Position numbers and translations under genes: made by a program. Of a stretch of 64,000 bases of DNA, positions 12,777-43,012 are shown piece after piece (position 1 is the stretch's first letter; every line of letters begins with the position of its first letter). The notes beneath the pieces are model-generated. The model was not told the DNA's origin. It worked only from the letters and a program-made list of their open reading frames with translations, and did no database searches. The stretch comes from Phoronis australis (lineage: Eukaryota; Animalia; Phoronida), in contig NMRA01000402.1 in assembly GCA_002633005.1 (NCBI GenBank), positions 280,123 to 344,122 of the forward strand, in the 5' to 3' direction.

Positions 12777-15199
12777 CTGTACTATGACTCTGGATACAAT
12801 TTCTGCAGTCTACATAACTTGAACATATCCATGAAAATCTGTAGCGGATCGCTCGAGCTTCTCCCACCAGGTGCCATTTGAGGAAGTTACATGAAGTCAC
12901 GCCTGTTGACGAACTAAACGTTCAAGGGACACATATCTTACAAGCTCCACCTGATATCTTCCCATGCTATTTTGCAAGTGTTGCGTGCTAGGTCTCGCGC
13001 TAGGCTTTGCCTAACTCACGTGACTCAGTTGAAATATTTTGTGGTTATCGTGCATGTATGCGGTGAAATAGTTCTTCACCAAATTCAATTTAATTTCCGC
13101 AGACATGCTTTATCAAAGATATGTAAAGTACCAGAAGGGACAGCTGAAGAAAGCGTTTTTTAAGTGAAAATTTTAAGTGTAAAATATATTTTTGGTGATG
13201 TGAAAACTAACGAATTGCTGTTAACTCGTAGATTTTAACTAATAAAACATCACTTTATTATATCATGACCTCATGGTCTGAGACAGGAAGTTGATGACAA
13301 CAGGAAGTAGCTCTGACTAAACTATCATTACGACTAAAGACCAATACTCCGAATAAAATGTGTAATCGAACATCACGTCACAAAAACCTCTTAGTCGGTA
13401 GGCAGATTTTGCCTACCGCCACTTTAAAATACACGGAACGAAATTAGTACAGAAAGCAATGGTAGCCACTAACCAGCTGAGTGACCGACGTGTTGCCTAC
13501 CATAGGGCCTCCATACACTGGGAACGTTTTGGCCGATTGTGCCTTACACGCTTTCCACCATCAAATTCATGTTGCGATAGGTACTTTTGCGCATAGAGGG
13601 ACACCTTAGGTGGCTGTCAATGTCTTTAATTGAACAAATACTCCTGTAATCAAAGTTTTCGCATAGCCTATTGTTCAGATGCCTTAATCGGCAATTGGCA
13701 ATGTTTACACTGCTCGCAAAATGATATATGATGTCATGTCCCCTTTTTACGGTCTTGCCAGGTATGCTCCTATTGAAGAAAGCATGCCTCGCTTGGTAGA
13801 TGCACCCCCTAGAAGCTATTTCAAATATTACTAAGCATTGTTCCATTTGGTTAAAATCTTTACTATAATAGTAATCTTCCCTTGTATGTGCGCATTATGT
13901 GATGCACACATTTGGCGCATGTCAATGTTTCGCATTGCTCTTGTTATTTGTGCAGAATCTATGTGTGTTGTTGTGTTTGACAAATTTTATACACATTTGT
14001 CAGGTGATATATGACTTAACCAATAACCCTTAGATCTAACATTTTGGTCAATTGTGTTGAGCAGGTATTTGTTAAGGAACTGCGACCAGGCACCATGTTA
14101 TTCGACATTTGACCTTTGACCACAAGAGATTGATGATGTGCCACAGGTCAAATGATGCTTTTTGGATACTTTAGGCTTGGTGTGTGATTACTTTAGGCTT
14201 TGTGTGTGATTGCACAAATTTGTTGATGTTATGAAATTCCCACAATTTGCTCTTAAACATATATATATATATACGTTCAACATACATGAATGACCCTATA
14301 AGGGTTCAGTTTGGGAAAATTGAAAATTGAAGGTAATTCAAATTGAGGACTGTCCTTTGTCTGGAGCAACTTGTCTTTCGGATGCTGTCCCTTTCACTTT
14401 TGAAATTCAGTAGTGGAAAACTCTAAGTCTGTGGGGAATACACTGATCATTGTATTAGTAGTCGCCTGTTTGCGTTTTGTTTCATGTGTTTAGTTAGATA
14501 TACATGTAGTCGTCCCACTTTAAAGTCTCATTATAACTTACGTAGCTAGTTCTTAACCAGGAATTATTTATTTTGAGTTGATTAATAATGGTGCACTGAT
14601 GTACTGGTGTGAATGCTGAAGCAGCACTTGGCAGGTAACTAGCAACTAATACCACCAACTAGAGCTATAGACTGTTACAACATTTTCTCTGTTCTGTCAC
14701 TGTGAGCATAAATGATTACAAATAATGCAACAGCTAAAAATATTGAAAAGGGGTACAACAAGGTATAGTTTATTTGATCACAGCCTATGTTGACACTCCA
14801 TTGGCCTCTGCTGCAGATGTGGTGTTTGTTAACATTGTAGATCCACTATGCATGGCAATTCTTCCATTTTTTGCACAAAAACATTTACCAAAATCATTTT
14901 TATTCCACAGATTGGCCATCTTGCTGCAAACGTTGAACACTTTAGAACGACAAATGGTGTTTTATGGCATGTACTCTGTTCAAACTAAAACTGAGTAAAA
15001 ATTTTGGCGAAATAAAATTTCACTCGCATGCAATGTTATGGGTGCTAAGTAGGAGAAGGGTTAATGTGCCAACATCTACTTAGACCTGCATGAGACAATT
15101 ATACTGAGGCTGAGTTCAATGATGGCTGTATTTTTGTAACCATTAAGGCATTAATTTGCTTGCCTTTCAAATGACTAGCATTATAGCATGCCTGCTAAA

Positions 15200-15342
15200 C
15201 CTGGCTCCCGTTCAGTAACGCTAGGACCTTGCTAAAAAGCAAGACTTTGCGAGATTCAGTGTCCAGTGAGATATTGCCATATATTTCAAATGAGAGCTCG
15301 TGACTTTTTGCTAGGTCCTAGTGTTAATGAACACACACCTGG
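15200..15342. mobile_element. MITE with ~28-bp imperfect terminal inverted repeats
   Basis: TTCAGTAACGCTAGGACCTTGCTAAAAAG versus CTTTTTGCTAGGTCCTAGTGTTAATGAA, flanked by CCTGG on both sides. Confidence 0.65.
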
Positions 15343-15590
15343 TTGTACTAGTGTCTATAGTCAGAACTGTTATGTGATCCGTGCACTGTTGTGACCCTAG
15401 TTGGTGGTTGTAGTAATGCTGGGACCCTAGTTAATGTCTCAGTGTGCCAATTTGTTTCAATGGGATTTGACAGCAACACCATCTACTGAGTGGTAACATT
15501 ATGCATAGATCTACCATGTTTGTACCAAGTTACAACTGTTATAATTATACGTAGCTCTAGAATCCTTCCACAGTTACACATTTTGAAACC

Positions 15591-15672
15591 GGTTTTGAAG
15601 TGCTCACACCGAGAGTTGGTTTTGAAGTGCTCACACCGAGAGTTGGTTTTGAAGTGCTCACACCGAGAGTTA
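15591..15672. repeat. 27-bp tandem repeat x3
   Basis: GGTTTTGAAGTGCTCACACCGAGAGTT repeated three times. Confidence 0.9.
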
Positions 15673-15864
15673 TAACCTTTTAATCAGTAAAACTTTGTAA
15701 CTTGCCGCTTTGGCTTGAAGAGGGCATATGATTTTTTTTTTTCGGTTTTAAATTCCCAGTTCCAAGGACAAGGGCGTGGAATTCCCTTGCCTTACATTAC
15801 AATCACTTTGTAGAGGAAAAGTAAAATGTTCATTTTACATATCCGAGCTATGTTTTGTTAACAG

Positions 15865-32074
<16,210 letters not shown>

Positions 32075-33790
32075 CGGTGACCAACGCGATGAAAGTCTAA
32101 AAACCTGTGCGATTTGTTTGCCACCTTGTCAGTGTACAGTAATGCTCCAGTAAATAATTTCCAAAATCATGGTTTTTCTGCTATTTTAAGGCTGCAAGGA
32201 TGCAGTTTCTAGTTGTTCACCCCAGTGTTTGTGTCAAATCATGGACAATTACTGCTCGTATATATTGTTGTCTCCCCTGAATTGTGGAGGGTAGAAAAGC
32301 TCACCTGGTTTGAAGCGATACTGAAGCACATAGTGGTTGTTGAGGTGTGACTGCCCTGTAGTGATTGGTGGCTCTTAGGACTGGCATTACGTTTGGTTTA
32401 TCCTTCTGACCCTAGACTAGCCATATACATGTATAAGATACCTCAGAGAATTTGTCATGGCATATACTAACGTCTGGATTTGTGGTCGCTTTTTGTCGGC
32501 ACCGGTTTATTTGCCGTTTCAGTGAATGTCACGTTTCACACTTCACCCCCTTTGTTCTTTCTTCCCAGTTAAACCATTGCTTTTTCTCCAGGGCATGTGG
32601 TAGAGTTACTTTCATTTTACTTGCCTAGAATTTACATTTGAGATTTCTTTCTTTCCAAATGCTACCCGCTAGTTTTTGAGCCTTAGTAATTGCACACCCA
32701 TCCGAGAATTGATAAGAAGCAAAATACCATCTAATGCTGGGCCCAGTTTAGGCTGTAGATAAACTAGTTAGGCTAGCTACATTGATGACAGCATGATCTT
32801 GCTGCGTCCATAGGTGATGTAACAATTTGCCTGCATCTGCATGGTTTCTTTGAAGAGTGTTGGCGGATTTCAAGGCTAGATAGCAGTTGAGCTGCCCAAT
32901 TTCATCCAGTGTTGGTACCAACGTGGAATCCTTTGCATGATAAACTGTGGGGTTTTATGGTTACACAGATTTGTGTTGTGGCAATCATCAACGTTTTTCA
33001 GGGTTTTTACATGAAAAGTGAATTAAAAGAGTCTCTGTGCTAACCTTTGAGGATACTTGCTACAGAGCTCCTGTTAATTTTGTCTAATCTTTCCATATTT
33101 TTGTTATTTGAGCCTTGGTCCTGAAATGATGGATTATTCAAGGTACATATAATGCATTATGCATGCAACGCATTACTTATTATTTGCAATATGACCATCT
33201 CATTAAGTTTAATTTGAAAACCAAAGTGTTTGCAACAAAATGTTGTTCTTAGTGATAAACACACATGTACTCACTTGCTTCTCGTTTCCTAGAAAGTCAG
33301 CAGCCGATTGTCTATGACTGTAAGCAGGGTGTATGATCATCAGTACTTTAGTGCCAGTGGCTCTCAGCCTTGCGTTTATACTCACGTGCTTAGCTACAAG
33401 AAAGGGTGGACATTCTACTTATCAGTTTTTTGACTTGACCGAGTTCACAAATAAACTGATGCGTGGATGTGTTTGGCCCATTCTTACAGGGATAGAATTA
33501 TTTATTACAAAATTAGAAACTTGCTCACAAGAAAAATCGTGACCTCTGCCCTTTTGTAGAGGACAAAGAAATGTTTGATTCAGCCAAGAGCCCTAGCGGT
33601 GTGATACGCCGTATTTTGTTGTGGCTTCAACATTTCAGGTATTGAATAGTTTTTATGAATCTGTCTGCTGTTGTCCTCCACCCACCAGAAGTCCATCGCC
33701 AGTACACATAGTTTACGTATTGAGGGACAGAGCTAGGGCTTCTGAGTCGCTCTCATATTGTGTCTATGGTTGTCGGTATTACACCTGTAT

Positions 33791-33796
33791 AATAAA
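33791..33796 (+). terminator. Candidate polyadenylation signal of GPR107
   Basis: AATAAA about 1.7 kb after the stop codon, followed by GT/T-rich sequence; another AATAAA lies near 33450. Confidence 0.35.
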
Positions 33797-34519
33797 ATCA
33801 ATTCAAGTTCACAACACGCGTTTCCTATCATTTGAGGTTTGTAATTGTATTGTGTAGGCTATACTTCTTAACAATGTTATGGACTTTGTTGCTTAACGTT
33901 TCTCAATTTATCGGTAATATTTGCATGGGGATATAGCTTTGTTTCTGGATCGTTGATGACAGTAGAAAAATCTCCCTTTTCGAATTTAGATGGCCAAAAA
34001 TGTTCATCTCTTTCAAAATTTGGGATGCGACCGTGTGAGAGTTGAGATATGTTGAATATCATTCCTTCTCATCACCTCTTGCCTTATAAATATACTAACG
34101 ATTACCCGCTATCCTTTGGAAGTGAGACATCCCTCCTTGTAGGTAAACAGTTCTAATAATTTATTGTTTTAGTATATTTTTTCTGGTTTTCCCTCAGCCT
34201 ATCAACTGCATGAAATGCCTTATTATTTACATTGGACCACGCCTGTGTGTTCAGTTAGATCACCGAAACCAGTGCTTTTTCTTGGCTAGCGATTTATTGT
34301 ATTGTATGTTCGTGTACGCGTGTATTGTAAATACATCTGTATTGTTTTCGTTTGCAGTCATTGTATTTAATAGTCTGGCGTATTGCAGATCGCACGGCAT
34401 TGAACACGGCAATTTTCTTGCGTTTAGATAACAAACAAAACATTCAGTCGTACTCGTCAAATGCGGGTCCAGCACCTTTATTCATACTCATCGAAGACTG
34501 ACTTCCCAAGACTTATATT

Positions 34520-34588
34520 CATGGGCGGCGCAGCACAGAATAAAGTGAGGGTCTATAGAGTCCAGCCCCCTATGGTGCGCCGCCCATG
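34520..34588. mobile_element. ~70-bp MITE, same family as 10068-10212
   Basis: Perfect TIR CATGGGCGGCGCA...TGCGCCGCCCATG. Confidence 0.7.
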
Positions 34589-37149
34589 GTATTACACACA
34601 TTTGCTATCATCGACGTTTCTCTATCTCAGTCAAGCCGTCCCTCATAATGTCCCAAAACACGAGCCCACAGACCAAGTGCACCGAAAACTGGACAGATAG
34701 GAGAGCTTACTTGGACAATAGATCGACAAACGCTGTAGGTAACGCTTGCCGTTTGATATAGTTACTTGTGAGAAGCGCAAAACCGGTATATCGGAAATCC
34801 GCATTGCTAGCGGTCAGCAACAGATTGTAAGCCACGACGTGTTTTTAACCAAATTCCATTGTGAATGTTGTCATAGAGCCGGAAACGCGGTACCAAAATG
34901 GAACTTGTAAGTTAAATCGGCATGATAAGTTCCAGGTCGTTGACACTAGCTTCTGAGCCCATTCTCTCTAAAAAAATGAAGCTTCAGTCATGCGGGTGTC
35001 TCAACCTTTAGTCAAAGAGACGCTGCGGGCGCGAACGGCCTAGTTCACAGTGTACTCTTCTGTTTGGTGCCAGGTGTCTTGATTAGGGTTCTGTGGACCC
35101 TTATAATGGGCATTTAGCTAAATGACTACATACAAGTAGAATTATGTGAGCCATTAAAAGTGCAAGGCTTATGAAAGTAAAAAGACGCATGACTTTATGG
35201 GCTTTGTACCGATTTGTATGCACTCGGGTCTTGGAGCCCAAGTTGTCAGGTTGCTAAACGATATCGTGTACAGTAACGCTACCAATCTTCGTTTGATGTA
35301 AAAGCTCAAGATATAACCACCAAATTGCTGTTTCAGTTTTCAGTCGGGAGGTTTCCCGTCGCTTTGAGTGCACACTTTGAACCACGCAACAAGAACGAGA
35401 GTTCGAGCCAATGTTATATTGTGGATTGCACACCGTGGAAACATCTCTTGTTTGACATTTTTTTTTCGTTCATCAGTCGCCTAGTGCAAATTATGATCGT
35501 AAGATTGATTTTATCACGTTGTGGTCTGAAAATCATCATATTGGCCTCAGTGAAATTCAGTAACTGTTTTAAGTGAGCAGCCCTTCATTTTCTATGGTCT
35601 TTGATATCGGCAGAGAATGAGCCATCAAGCCCGCCAATTACATCGACAGCTAAAACCAACACACATTATCTTAATAGTGATAACCAAACGTGGTTATCGT
35701 CACTTGTATCCACACGTGATCTTTTCAGACGAAAAACATGTAACTTGCAATGTTACAAAGTATCGGCGAATTTTAAGACATGCTGTTGAGCAGATCATGG
35801 AGAGCTAACTAGCCGGGAAGGTTTACGTCACATGAGCCGTCTGGATGTAGGTCTCGAGAGCAGCCTTACGCAGAGCTAATGTGACTTACTGTAGACAGTT
35901 GGGTAACAAATCCACGAGACGATTACAATCAAATTGAGGCCTCCATTATCTCCCTCAGACAGCAATCAGTTGTCTGCTTTCGTGTTGTTATCAATCCATG
36001 AGGGGCACTCCAGTTCCCGGGGGTGGTCTTTCGGAGGAATATACATGAAAAGAATTATGGGCAGACTCAGGGTGCGCGGTTCCCTTACGGAAATTATCAA
36101 AAACTCCGTCGGCAACGTTTTTAGCAGCTACGTGGAAAACTTTCATTTGAAAAATGCGGTTGGGCCCCACCCTAGATCCGCCCAGTGATTTGTACTCGTT
36201 TTCTTGAGATGTTCGTATTGACGAATTTTTGTTGGCACAGAAACCTTCTGATGGATGTCAGCAGAGGACGTTTGGAACTTGAAAAATGTAAACGCTTATT
36301 CATGATTGGACTCTTTTTAAGGAACGGATTTAGTTTAGCAATAACGAATCTAGTCGAATATTTTATGGCGAAGGTTTCTACTCGCGTAATCCCCCTCCCG
36401 CAGTCATGAATTGTTTCACGAAGGTGTTTGGGAATAGGAGGAAAGTGAGTGCAAATTTTGGCGTGCACGTGATCTATAATCATTTAATTTCTTAATTCGT
36501 TCTTTAGACATGTATGATAACGCAGTTGCTATACATAGCATGAAATGCTGGTAAATTTGAACTTAAAGTACACGTATAAACGTTTCTCACCTGCTAAATT
36601 ATGTGTCGCTAATTACTTATAAGGGTGTTAACGTACTCGTTATCATGTCACAGCAACACGAAACGGTTAAGTGGTGAAATGCATTGGAAGTGAAAGAACT
36701 TGGGTAAGTTGAGTCATTTTTGTTGTTGACTACTTAACTTTTATCTTATGTGATGGCCAAAACATAAATGCAAATACCGCCCAATTTATAGCATAGACAA
36801 GTATGAATTTTGTGACTAGTGACGGTTTGTGAGTGTAGTACACTTTAATTGCAGCAAAGGTCTTCGGCCCATCGCGGTATAATCAACTATCAACCTATGC
36901 ATGAACAACAGCTCGACATTTATTGAATTTCTCTCATAAAAAGTAGATTAGACGTTTATTTATCATTTGCATGCTATCATCAATGATGCCGACTTCCCAC
37001 AAGACGAACATAAAATGTTCTTATTTATTGCACCTACCCGCTTCTACTGGTAATTTGTAATTCGAACAACGCAACCGAGTATACATGTACATGTGGAAGT
37101 ACCTTTGCGGTAACACACAATTACACAGTCTCTTAAGATTACAACAGTG

Positions 37150-37360
37150 TTTAAGTAAGGCTTGTTGTCTGGTAGACAACCTTGCTAGTGATATTTAAAC
37201 CATTTATGAGCAGAAACAATCGGATGTTCCGCTTAGGATTACACTGTCCTCGAGCTCAATTAGTTCACTGTGGAGAGTCTGTAACTGTTGACAAACTGTA
37301 TCAAACGCCTTAGAAAACTCAACAAAAGCAGAATAAAAATTATATGTGTTTTGACCAGAA
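37150..37360 (-). mobile_element. Short LINE RT fragment
   Basis: The minus-strand translation YSAFVEFSKAFDTV matches the non-LTR RT motif F.DF.KAFD.V. Confidence 0.55.
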
Positions 37361-39724
37361 GCTAAATTGATCCAAAGAGGTAAGGGAATATAGTAAAGGG
37401 CGCCCACGGCCGATTTTACATTGAACATGGCCATAATTTCTGTAGTTCCCGTCTCATAGTGGAATTGTCGAGGGATTAAACGCAAATATCGCACTTCGTT
37501 CTGCAATAAATTTTAAACTGCGCGTCTCATAATGAAAATATGTATTATCTGAGAACTTTTCGCTCCTAATCCATGAATTTGCTACGAATTGCTTCCTTTG
37601 CATAATGTTTATGTATAGATGGATAGCTCATGGAATAATTCAAAACACATTAACCACGCAATGTGTAAAACGAGAGAATGAAAATTGACTTCAGACTGAC
37701 TACACCATGAGAATAATACGTTCCAAATCCCTCCCACACTCTTGAGTCCCAGCTGAAGCAGACAGTGAGGTGCCAGAATTGTGGTACCTGCAGCATCGTT
37801 TAGCTACGCCCAACTATACAAAAATTATGCTGCCTGGGCCTATGGAGGGAGGGGCTTTTTGTATTCAACCTGGCAATATCGGATTGAAAGAGTGTTGGTG
37901 GCCTAGTGTGACTTGCCATTTCGCGAGTTATTACAATGATAATTAATTTGCCAGTCTGACGCCAGGATTACTTTCAGTAATAAATAATCATGACAGTAAT
38001 AAATAGTTATGGCAGTAATACGTGTAGATACCTGTACAAAAAATTAATCAGCCAATCAAAAGTCATGAATAATTGTAATATTTATAAATTTACATTTTTA
38101 AATCTTAATCAAGTTCTAAGTGCCATTTCCTGTCAAAAGAAATATTCCTTTTGAGTCGCCGTGGTACAACTTTATTATTCCGTTCGCTGACCAGTATGAA
38201 TCATTTATGCTATAGAAGACGATTTGAAAATAACGCTCTATTAATCTACGATCTTTTAGACATGAGTGGTAAACTACCATTTCATACACACGAATTCTGT
38301 CCACCAATCACAGAGATTTCCGGCTTTATAAACAATACGAAGCTATTTAGAAGGAAAAATTCATTTAGAATGCTTTAACAATCGACATGGATAAAACACA
38401 AAAAGACTTGATTTTCTTTTCCATTCGCGGTTTCTTACGAAGAGTAAAAGCAAATTTGGTATGACATTGTTTAGTAATGAGCGAGTGGCGCTCTAGTAAA
38501 ATGTGAATCTGTCGTGAACAAACGAAGTCACAATTTCATTATGGTTGGACGGCAGCTGTTAATAAGGGATTGGGAAAAATACAAATGCCAGACCGCCAAA
38601 TCCAATGTTTGAGTCGTCATAGTTTAAACACATCAGCGAGATTCTTCATGCTTGGCGAGAGTCTTCTAATAAACCTCAGAACACTACGAGGACCACATAG
38701 AGGGGCACGTGCGAACATCTACCGATAGAATCCCCACATTTTGGGCAATAATTATTTGTTTACTTTATTTAATCGTGGCATTTTAAAGAAGCCTGGAACG
38801 CGATAAACGGACTACATTGTAATATTGAATGTGGTTATGTGCCACTAAAACAGAATTCAACCTGCTCACCTGCTATTTTAGGAATTGGATTTTTTTTTAA
38901 TTTCTGTTCATATTAAAACATTTTCTCCCACAAGACAAGCACGTCTCCTTATTTGGTGGGGCAAAACATAGACCTTTGATCTCAAGGGACTTCAAGCAAC
39001 TGACTGTGAGCACATGCGCGCATTTTATTTAGTGGGAGAGAAATTAGAAACTCTGTGGTAACCACATAATTTTTTGCTTCGCGCTTATTTCAAAAATTGT
39101 GAATTTCGTGACTTTTTCTGGAAATTTCCTCACAGAAGCAGGTGAATTACTCTGCACTAGGCGTTGTAAGATGGTATTTTCGTCAGAATTTGTTTAAAAG
39201 ATATTTTTGACGAACTTTTATGTTCCATGTATTTTTAAGAAGGGCTGCCAGTGTTAATCTGGGTAGAAACGTGTAAAAAACTATTTAAACCGTGAAGTCC
39301 AAATAACTCGAATTTTAATGGCTACTTTTACGCCAGAAATGTGTTTCAATAAACGGCATTCTTGATTGAAAGATACTCTACGCTAGTGAATCGTGTATCT
39401 CATGACTCGAATTAATGTCAGCAGATTATTAAGATCACGAATCTTATCAGTAATTAATACGTGTATTGCAGCAAACAATTTCAAAGGATACTAAACCCTT
39501 TTGGTAATTTCAACCTGTCCTCGTTCTGCCCCCTGCTAATGCATTGGAATCAACTAAAAAATACACACTTCTGTGTCATAGAATGAATATTGTGGCTTAT
39601 GGCGGGTAGTCTTCTCCGTGTGACTCTTTAAACGTACTTTGGTCACGCTTGCCAAGTTTGCACACTGCAAGATTTTTTTATTTTTGCTGTTAGCTCTGTG
39701 GATTTATCGAGGGTGCAACTGCTT

Positions 39725-41292
39725 TCCTATAGGCTTTCCTATTGGATCCTATAGGAAATCCTATAGGGTCCAATAAGAATCCAATTGGATTTTGGCCCAA
39801 TATCCTATAGGAATTCTATAGGATCCTATAGGAAATTCTACAGGAATCCTAGAGGATATCCTATAGGATCCAATAGAAATGCAATTGGATTTTGGCCGAA
39901 TATCCTGTAAGAATCCTACAGGATCCTATAGGAATCCTTTAGGGTATCCTATAGGAAATCCTATAGAAATTCTTACGAGACTTATAAGAAATCCATTAGG
40001 ATTTCCCAGCATGACATTTTCAATGCATACTTAATGCAACAAAGCAACAGTGTTTTCAACAAAACAAATTCAACTGGAACACAGGTAACCTCAAAGTTCT
40101 TGTACAGCAGTCTACTCCGTTCTTGAACACCGTCTACAGCAGGATACCTATATATGTTACAAATGGTGTACTAAACTGGGACTACAAAAAACTGTTATTT
40201 TTTGATTTTTTTCAAAATATGTTCAAGTAACTTATTATATAAATGCTGTTGTAAGCTGATGTCGAGTGCTTTAATTGCTATGAAGATAACTGTTCATTGA
40301 ATCTCTTTTCAGTGACATCTGTTGTCCAGTTGAGAAACTGTCCATTTAAACCACTAAGCCATACACATGATCAAAACTTTCTTTAGAAGTTTAGACACAA
40401 CAATATATTTTACAACACCTGAAATGAAACAGCTATAATCAGAGATATAGATGTTATGATTTACGAGAATTTCATATACAAGAAATTCAGTAGGATTCTA
40501 TCAGTTAAATAAGATCCTATAGGAAGTTCAAAAAGGTTATTATAGGAAATCCTACAGGAATCCAATATCATTTCCTATAGGAATCCTACAGGACTTCTTT
40601 AGGGTTACCTGTAGGAATCCTATAGGATTTCCTACAAAAATCCTGTAGGAAATCCTATAGAATCCAATAGGAAATCCTACAGGATTCCTACAGGTAATCC
40701 TATAGAAGTCCTATAGGATTCTTATAGGAAATCATATTGGATTTCCTACAAAATTCCTGTAGGAAATCCTATAGGATCCAATAGGAAATCCATTACGATC
40801 CCATATTTCCTAAAGCATCCAATAGGAAAGCCTATTGAAATCTTTTAGGATATCCTATGAGAAACCCTATAGGAATTGGTATAAGACTTGAATATATCCA
40901 GTAGACAGTTCAATAGGATTCTATAGGAAGTTCACTACGATTCTATGAAGCAATTAACATACATGTATTAAGACTCGCCTGAATATTAAAATTTACAAAA
41001 ATTAATGACTCGGAAGAGCTGAAATTAGATAAAAACAAATTGATATTTTACTATATACTCTTAGGCTATTTGTTTGTTAAAATGCTTAGAAATCAGATTT
41101 GTGATTAAATTCCTATAGGATTTTTTCAATAGGAATCCTTATAGGATATCTTGTTCCCATAGGAATCCTATAGGAAATCGATATTCCTATAGGAATTCTT
41201 ATAGGATTTTCTATGTGAATTCCTATTGGAAATCTTATCCTGTGTGAATCCTATAGGATCCTATAGGATCCTGTTGAATATTTTCGTATGGG
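39725..41292. mobile_element. EnSpm/CACTA-like non-autonomous element with CCTATAGG palindrome arrays
   Basis: Three dense clusters of (T)CCTATAGGA variants (39725-40005, 40515-40930, 41110-41272), ending TATTTTCGTATGGG; a matching left TIR was not found. Confidence 0.6.
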
Positions 41293-42161
41293 ACCTAATT
41301 AAACATCTGAAATATTTNCTACTCCGTTCTTGAACACCGTCTACAGCAGGATACCTATATATGTTACAAATGGTGTACTAAACTGGGACTACAAAAAAAT
41401 GTTATTTTTTTATTTTTTTCAAAATAAGTTCAAGTAACTTATTATATAAATGCTGAATGCTAGACGCTTTTACATGTTGTTCTCTGATAGTCAAAGTTGT
41501 AAGCTGATGTCGAGTGCTTTAATTGCTATGAAGATAACTGTTCATTGAATCTCTTTTCAGTGACATCTGTTGTCCAGTTGAGAAACTGTCCATTTAAACC
41601 ACTAAGCCATACACATGATCAAAACTTTCTTTAGAAGTTTAGACACAACAATATAATTTACAACATCTGAAATGAAACAGCTATAATCAGAGATATAGAT
41701 GTTATGATTTACGAGAATTTCATATACAAGAAATTCAGTAGGATTCTATCAGTTAAATAAGATGCTATAGGAAGTTCACTACGATTCTATGAAGCAATTA
41801 ACATACATGTATTAAGACTCGCCTGAATATTAAAATTTAGGGACATTAATGACTCGGAAGAGCTGGAATTAGATAAAAACAAATTGATATTTTACTATAT
41901 ACTCTTAGGCTATTTGTTTGTTAAAATGCTTAGAAATCAGATTTGTGATTAAATTCCTACAGGATTTTTTCAATAGGAATCCTTATAGGATATCTTGTTC
42001 CCATAGGAATCCTATAGGAAATCGATATTCCTATAGGAATTCTTATAGGATTTTCTATATGAATTCCTATTGGAAATCTTATCCTGTATGAATCCTATAG
42101 GATCCTATAGGATCCTGTTGAATATTTTCGTATGGGACCTAATTAAACATCTGAAATATTT
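40112..42161. other. Duplication around the n at 41318 (probable haplotype overlap)
   Basis: 40112-41317 is repeated at 41319-42161; the second copy lacks ~405 bp and has an extra ~40 bp. Confidence 0.85.
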
Positions 42162-42972
42162 ATGAAATCTCTCCCGCTGTGAGATCAGGCTCGAAATCTG
42201 AATTGCTGACACCTGTTAAGGCTGAGTGTTCCCGACCTTAATTTGCGAAACTCGGGTCATTCGCCTCAAGAGAAAACTTGGGACTGAAATGATAATAATA
42301 CATTTTATCCGCTAACTCTCAATATAACAACCTTTGCATGCAACACGTAATTCCCAAACAAAGAACTAATCCAATCCTATAATTCACTACGTAAGAGAAA
42401 AATAATGGCTGCACTTTATTGTGTTCACTGGTTTAACCAGTCAAGCAGCTAAAATATCTGATTGGTCAGCACTCGGTAGTCATCACCGTGAACCAATCCG
42501 ATGGCTTAGCCTGTTGACCCGGTGGAACTGGCGAAGTCAATCAATTACCACCAACTTCAGATATATTTTCAGCGTTTTTCTGTTAATTGCAGAAACAACA
42601 AGCAATAACTCCTAGTGCTTGCGACCAAAATTTGGTTTGGTTAGTTGGGAATGACGTCATTGGATCCGACGAGTCATTTCCGCCTGTTTGAAGAACCCGT
42701 TGCTGGTAAGCAACAACATTGGTAAAGATTCGTCTGTGCAATTTCACTTAACATTCAGAGTGTACGTTTACGTTCCCGCACATGTTATATATTAACGTAA
42801 GAATTTTTCTATTTCCATTCAAGGAACTCGTGGTATGGAGCCGTGGTTGGACAAGGAATGGTGTGAATTGCCACAAATAACCAAAAATACCTTGAGGATC
42901 TACTTGAGCGAACCGAGTTACATGTCACGTCACGCGCCGTCATACCCTGACAGAACAGGTTCCGAAACATTG

Positions 42973-42974
<2 letters not shown>

Positions 42975-43011
<37 letters not shown>
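42975..43011. repeat. (TTA)n microsatellite
   Basis: Trinucleotide run. Confidence 0.95.

Positions 43012-43012
<1 letters not shown>

Noticed and set aside
13459-13580. ATG-initiated segment as GPR107 exon 1
   Set aside because: No signal peptide or RIHH-like motif, and its donor would be phase 2 whereas exon 15865 needs phase 0.
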